From assembly GCF_001458695.1 (NCBI RefSeq), contig NZ_LN885086.1, positions 210,001-242,000 of the forward strand: DNA of 32,000 nucleotides, read 5' to 3'. Positions 27,801 to 32,000 of this stretch are shown here, piece after piece. The position numbers and the translations under genes were made by a program. Below the pieces are notes generated by a model that was not told the DNA's origin, made no database searches, and was given only the letters and a program-made list of their open reading frames with translations. Numbering within the stretch: position 1 is the stretch's first letter; every line of letters begins with the position of its first letter. This DNA comes from Candidatus Nitrospira inopinata (lineage in GTDB: Bacteria > Nitrospirota > Nitrospiria > Nitrospirales > Nitrospiraceae).

Positions 27801-28027
27801 TTTTCCTTGATGTACTCCAACGCCTTTCCGACCGTCAGAATTTTTTCGGCGTCCTCGTCCGGAATTTCGATCGAGAACTCTTCCTCCAGCGCCATCACCA
27901 ACTCCACGGTATCAAGCGAATCGGCGCCGAGGTCTTCGACGAAGGACGCCTCCGGCGTCACCTCGTCCTCCTCCACGCCCAATTGCTCGGCAATGATCTT
28001 CTTGACACGCTCCTCAACGGTTGCCAT
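27794..28027 (-). CDS. acpP: Acyl carrier protein
   Basis: 77 aa, [23 protein letters not shown] with the phosphopantetheine Ser. SD AGGAAGGAGGGA. The track ORF is N-terminally extended to 28099. Confidence 0.9.
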   Translation of the reverse strand: MATVEERVKKIIAEQLGVEEDEVTPEASFVEDLGADSLDTVELVMALEEEFSIEIPDEDAEKILTVGKALEYIKEKC

Positions 28028-28118
28028 CGCTCTGCTTCCCTCCTTCCTCAATAGAACTGCCACCGCGCCGCCGCACGGGGACGCGTGACGGCCGCACACT
28101 GTCTCCGATTTCGCCGCG

Positions 28119-28862
28119 TTACGCCATCAGCATGCCACCGTTCACGTGCAGCACGTGGCCGGTGATATAGGCCGCGTCGTCGGACACCAGAAAGCGCACC
28201 GCCGCCGCAATGTCGGCCGGCGTCCCCAATCGTCCCAGCGGAATCTGTTTCTGAAGCGTCTCTTTGACGTCGGCCGGCAGCCCGTGGGTCATGGCCGTAT
28301 CGATGAAGCCCGGAGCCACCGCGTTGACCGTGATGTTTCGGCTCGCGTATTCCCGCCCCACCGTTTTGGTGAACCCGATGACAGCCGCCTTCGACGCCGC
28401 GTAATTGGCCTGTCCCACGTTGCCCATCACCCCCACGATCGACGCGATGTTGACGATGCGACCATACCGTTGCTTGGTCATCGTCTGCAAGACGGCTTTG
28501 GTGCAGTTGAACGTCCCGTTCAAATTGACCTGAAGCACCAGGTTCCAATCTTCGTCTTTCATTCGAAGCAGCAGGCCGTCGCGCGTGATCCCGGCGTTGT
28601 TCACCAAAATATCGATGCGGCCCCATGCCTTGAGGACCTGTTCGGCCATGGCCTTGGCATCGTCGGCCTCCGCCACGTTCACCTTGAGATTGAGCGCCCG
28701 GCGCCCCAGTCGCTCGACGGCGTTCACCGTTTCGCCGGACCGACCCGGATCGAGATCCGCGACGGCGACGTCGGCCCCGGCCTCCGCCAACCGTTCGGCG
28801 ATGGCGCGGCCGATCCCTTGCGCTGCGCCGGTCACGATCGCGACCTTTCCCTGTAGCGACAT
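28119..28862 (-). CDS. fabG: 3-oxoacyl-ACP reductase
   Basis: [17 protein letters not shown]...NNAG...YAASKAAV...GGMLMA SDR pattern. I chose ATG 28862 (GAGG 7 nt upstream) over the track start at 28913. Confidence 0.9.
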   Translation of the reverse strand: MSLQGKVAIVTGAAQGIGRAIAERLAEAGADVAVADLDPGRSGETVNAVERLGRRALNLKVNVAEADDAKAMAEQVLKAWGRIDILVNNAGITRDGLLLRMKDEDWNLVLQVNLNGTFNCTKAVLQTMTKQRYGRIVNIASIVGVMGNVGQANYAASKAAVIGFTKTVGREYASRNITVNAVAPGFIDTAMTHGLPADVKETLQKQIPLGRLGTPADIAAAVRFLVSDDAAYITGHVLHVNGGMLMA

Positions 28863-28939
28863 GATCATCCCTCGTATTCGTTGTTGAGAGCGCTCGTGAG
28901 CCTGAACGCTCACCCGCTTCCGAGAACCTTTCGAATTCT

Positions 28940-29878
28940 TTATCCGCTTAGGCCTTTCAACGTCGCTTCAAGCGAGCGGGGATCATTGACGTTGAAAAGT
29001 CGGGCCTCTGGAAGAATGCGTTTGATCAGGCCCGTCAGAACGGTCCCGGGCCCCACTTCCACGAACGCGGTCACTCCCATGCGCGCCATGGTCTCGACCG
29101 TCTCGACCCACAACACGGGCGACGGCAATTGCCGAATCAGCGACGCCTGTATCTCGCTTGCTTTTGTAATCGCCCGCGCTTCCACATTGTTTACCAAGGG
29201 AACCGTCAAATCCGACCATTGAACCGAAGCCACGTCGGCGGCCAATCGATCGGCCGCTTGCCGCATCAACGGGGTGTGGACCGGGACACTCACCGGAAGA
29301 GGAATCGCTTTTCTGCAACCTTTGGCCTTGGCACACTCGATCGCCCGTTCCACCGCCGCTTTTTCTCCGGCGATCACGATTTGTCCCGGGGAGTTGAAAT
29401 TGGCCGGAGCGACGATCCCGACCGACGACGCTTCTCGACAGACTTCCTCAACCGCATCACTCCCCAACCCGAGCAACGCCGCCACGAGGCCGAACCCCGG
29501 AGGAACGGCCTCCGACATGTACCGGCCGCGTTTTTGAACCAGCGCCACCGCATCGCCGAACAACAGGCCGCCGGCCGCCACCAGCGCCGAGTATTCGCCC
29601 AAACTGTGACCCGCCACCGCTACGGGCGCGACGCCCGCCGGCTCCAAGGTCTTCCACGCGGCAAGACTGCCGACCAACAAGGCGGGCTGGGTGTATTCGG
29701 TCAAGTTGAGCCGTTCGACCGGCCCTTCGAAACACAGGGCCGCGCAGTCGTATCCGAGCACCGTCGAGGCCTCGTCATACAGACGTTTCAGTTCCGGATG
29801 AGCCTCGTACAACGCCTTGCCCATCCCGACGGACTGCGATCCTTGCCCTGGAAAGACCAGACCGATTCCCTGTTTCAT
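28940..29878 (-). CDS. fabD: Malonyl-CoA:ACP transacylase
   Basis: FPGQGSQ...GHSLGEYSAL...VSVPVHTPLM motifs. Confidence 0.9.
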   Translation of the reverse strand: MKQGIGLVFPGQGSQSVGMGKALYEAHPELKRLYDEASTVLGYDCAALCFEGPVERLNLTEYTQPALLVGSLAAWKTLEPAGVAPVAVAGHSLGEYSALVAAGGLLFGDAVALVQKRGRYMSEAVPPGFGLVAALLGLGSDAVEEVCREASSVGIVAPANFNSPGQIVIAGEKAAVERAIECAKAKGCRKAIPLPVSVPVHTPLMRQAADRLAADVASVQWSDLTVPLVNNVEARAITKASEIQASLIRQLPSPVLWVETVETMARMGVTAFVEVGPGTVLTGLIKRILPEARLFNVNDPRSLEATLKGLSG

Positions 29879-30027
29879 GAGTCGTTAGATATCGTAGAAA
29901 CCTTCTGGAATGTCAACGGGAAAAGTTCCGCGGCGCGGCCGTCTTCCGATTCCCGACAGTCGGCGGCCCCGCGCGTCCTCCCGCACCATGCCGCACCGTG
30001 CCGCTACGCGCATACCGACCTCCGTCG

Positions 30028-31008
30028 TCACCATCGAATCATCGCCGAAGCCCAGGTCAGCCCCGCTCCGAACGCTCCGAGCATGACCATCGATCCTTCC
30101 TTGATTCGTCCCGTGCGCACCGCTTCGTCCAGCGCGAGGGGAATCGAGGCCGCGGAGGTGTTGCCGTAGCGATCGAGATTGAACATCATTTTTTCCGACG
30201 GAAGGCCGAGCCGCTCCGTCACGGCCGTGAGGATCCTGACATTGGCCTGATGCGGCACGTAGAGGTCTACGTCTTCCACCCTCAACTTGTTCGCCGCCAA
30301 GGTCTCACGGGCGATCTCTTCGAGTGTCCGCACGGCCACTTTGAAGGTCTCGTGCCCCTTCATTTTGATGCACTGCATCTTCTCGGCGATCGTTTTGTCG
30401 GACGAGGGATTCCGCGATCCGCCCGCCGGAACCGTGATGAGTTCGTTCAAATGGCCGTCGGAACGAAGATGCGTGGATAAGATGCCGCGCCCCCCGTCCT
30501 CGTCGCCGGCGCTCACGACCGCCGCCCCGGCTCCGTCTCCGAAGAGGATACAGGTATTGCGGTCCGTCCAATCCGTGATCGCGGACATGACTTCCGATCC
30601 GATCACCAAGACGTGACGCATGCCTGTTTTGATATAGGCGTCGGCTACCGACAGCGCATAGACGAATCCGCAACAGGCGGCGGACACGTCGCAGGCCGCC
30701 GCCCTGGTCGCGCCAAGCCGATGCTGGACCAAACAGGCCGTCGACGGAAGGGGATAGTCGCCGGTGCACGTCGCGACCAAGACCATGTCCAACTCCGCGG
30801 CCGACAGCTTTGCCGCCTCCAGGGCCCGCTTGCCGGCCTGGACGGCCAGATCGGAACACGCTTCTCCCTCTCCCGCGACGCGACGTTCCCGGATGCCCGT
30901 CCGTTCGCGAATCCATTCATCCGACGTCGCGACCAACCGCTCGAGATCCGCGTTGGTCAGCACCTTGGCCGGCACGTACGAGCCCGTTCCTGTGATCCGG
31001 GCCTTCAC
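30028..31008 (-). CDS. fabH: 3-oxoacyl-ACP synthase III
   Basis: The family N-terminus VKARITGTGSYVP starts at GTG 31008 (GGAGG 7 nt upstream, GTGA overlap with the plsX stop). Also ATCTGDY, PHQANVRI and AFGAGLTW. The 412-aa track ORF is an alternate-start extension. Confidence 0.85.
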   Translation of the reverse strand: MKARITGTGSYVPAKVLTNADLERLVATSDEWIRERTGIRERRVAGEGEACSDLAVQAGKRALEAAKLSAAELDMVLVATCTGDYPLPSTACLVQHRLGATRAAACDVSAACCGFVYALSVADAYIKTGMRHVLVIGSEVMSAITDWTDRNTCILFGDGAGAAVVSAGDEDGGRGILSTHLRSDGHLNELITVPAGGSRNPSSDKTIAEKMQCIKMKGHETFKVAVRTLEEIARETLAANKLRVEDVDLYVPHQANVRILTAVTERLGLPSEKMMFNLDRYGNTSAASIPLALDEAVRTGRIKEGSMVMLGAFGAGLTWASAMIRW

Positions 31009-32000
31009 GTTCGCGCCTCCGCGGACGAAGAGGCGAGGCTTTCCTCTATGTTGCGTTGGATCAGCTCGCGCACGCGGCCTTCGGCCATGCCTTTGGCCCG
31101 TCGAATCGCGTTTTTGATGGCCTTCGCCGAGGACCGCCCATGGCAGATCATGGTGATGCCGTTGACGCCGAGCAGCGGAGCGCCCCCGAATTCCGCGTAA
31201 TCGATTCGCCGTTTCAGCTTCCTGAGCGGCCCGACGATCAGCGGATAGGCCACGCGCCCCGACCACGATCTGGACAGCTCTTGCTCCAGCAATTTGCTGA
31301 TCGTCTCGGCGACGCCTTCGGATATTTTTAAAGCCACGTTTCCGATAAACCCGTCGCAGACGACAACGTCGGCGATACCGCTGTACACCTCGCGTCCCTC
31401 GACGTTGCCGATGAAGTTCAAGGAGCCGGCCTTCAAGAGCTTGAACGCTTCTTTGGTGACTTCGTTGCCTTTGCTGTCTTCTTCGCCGATGCTCAACAAA
31501 CCGACGCGGGGGTTCGGCTTGCCGAAGAGGTGCTTGCCGTATTCATTGCCCATGACGGCGAACTGAAACAGATCTCTGGCGCTGCAATCGACGTTGGCCC
31601 CCACGTCGAGAATGATCGCCTCGCCGGAGACGGTCGGCAAGCTGGTCGCGATCGCCGGCCGCTCGACGCCTTTCGTCAATCCCAGCACGAAAAACGACGC
31701 CACCATGCTGGCCCCGGTGTTGCCCGGGCTCACTACCGCATCGGCCTCTCCGTTTTTGACCATCGTGGTGGCGACCCAAATCGACGAGTCCCGCTTTTTT
31801 CTGACCACGGCCGCCGGCGACTCGTGCATCGAAACGACCTGCGACGCGTGGCGGATGGACACCCGGCCGTCGTGACAGCCTAATCGGCGACATTCCTGCT
31901 TCAGAAGAGTCTCGTCACCGACGAGAATGACCTCGACATCCGCTTCTCTGACGGCTTGGAGAGCGCCTTCGATGCAAGGGGGGGGGCCGTAATCCCCCCC
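31005..32000 (-). CDS. plsX: Phosphate:acyl-ACP acyltransferase, lacking only its extreme N-terminus (off window end)
   Basis: The reverse frame is open to position 32000 and reads GGDYGPPPCIEGALQAV...SPGNTGA...GNVALK...GAPLLGVNG. The track only reports it from the internal GTG at 31862. Confidence 0.85.
   Translation of the reverse strand, partial: GGDYGPPPCIEGALQAVREADVEVILVGDETLLKQECRRLGCHDGRVSIRHASQVVSMHESPAAVVRKKRDSSIWVATTMVKNGEADAVVSPGNTGASMVASFFVLGLTKGVERPAIATSLPTVSGEAIILDVGANVDCSARDLFQFAVMGNEYGKHLFGKPNPRVGLLSIGEEDSKGNEVTKEAFKLLKAGSLNFIGNVEGREVYSGIADVVVCDGFIGNVALKISEGVAETISKLLEQELSRSWSGRVAYPLIVGPLRKLKRRIDYAEFGGAPLLGVNGITMICHGRSSAKAIKNAIRRAKGMAEGRVRELIQRNIEESLASSSAEART

Noticed and set aside
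30028-31266. N-terminally extended track ORFs, considered as possible fusion or extended proteins: fabH 412 aa, metF 337 aa, ferredoxin-like 139 aa, mutM 289 aa, fabG 264 aa, acpP 101 aa.
   Set aside because: The extensions are Arg/Gly-rich, overlap the upstream genes or their terminators, and begin at alternate starts. In each case an internal ATG or GTG with a good SD reproduces the canonical family N-terminus.
31978-32000. A G9 run followed 7 nt later by a C7 run at the window end: a possible hairpin or slippery homopolymer.
   Set aside because: It lies in frame inside plsX and encodes the conserved GGDYGPPP segment. No frameshift is seen, and phase variation of an essential lipid gene is implausible.

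Overview
This is a 32-kb chromosomal segment, roughly 58-60% GC by eye, almost fully coding, with most genes on the minus strand. I saw no rRNA, tRNA, CRISPR array, transposase, integrase or phage gene.

Content in window order:
- (1) A co-directional reductive-TCA block, aclB-aclA-acn-icd: two-subunit ATP-citrate lyase, a short mitochondrial-type aconitase and a monomeric isocitrate dehydrogenase that runs off the window start.
- (2) A two-gene unit encoding an astacin-like metzincin with a PPC domain but no signal peptide, plus an unassignable 248-aa protein.
- (3) mutM, a minimal dual-specificity phosphatase, a tandem zinc-ribbon protein, and FkbM-type and Rsm22-type methyltransferases.
- (4) A five-subunit 2-oxoacid:ferredoxin oxidoreductase operon (order beta-gamma-epsilon-delta-alpha). 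Upstream is a near-consensus sigma70-like promoter, and the leader carries a 14-bp triple tandem repeat.
- (5) A stand-alone MTHFR_C-like mini-protein, then queF and apaH.
- (6) folD-metF-panB.
- (7) A secreted beta-propeller translationally coupled to a Cys/His-rich cytoplasmic protein, then a stand-alone PilZ protein.
- (8) plsX-fabH-fabD-fabG-acpP-fabF-rnc-PPIase, with plsX running off the window end.

ATP-citrate lyase together with a five-subunit OFOR at this GC content fits a Nitrospira-like autotroph. That is inference only, since no search could be run.

Most of the window is core metabolism. The least explained parts are the metzincin pair (6939-8894), the repeat-bearing OFOR leader (17718-17915), the MetV-like gene (18151-18399) and the propeller/Cys-rich pair (22829-24534).

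The ORF track writes M for GTG/TTG starts, so several track ORFs carry spurious N-terminal extensions. I trimmed these using Shine-Dalgarno (SD) placement and the expected family N-termini.
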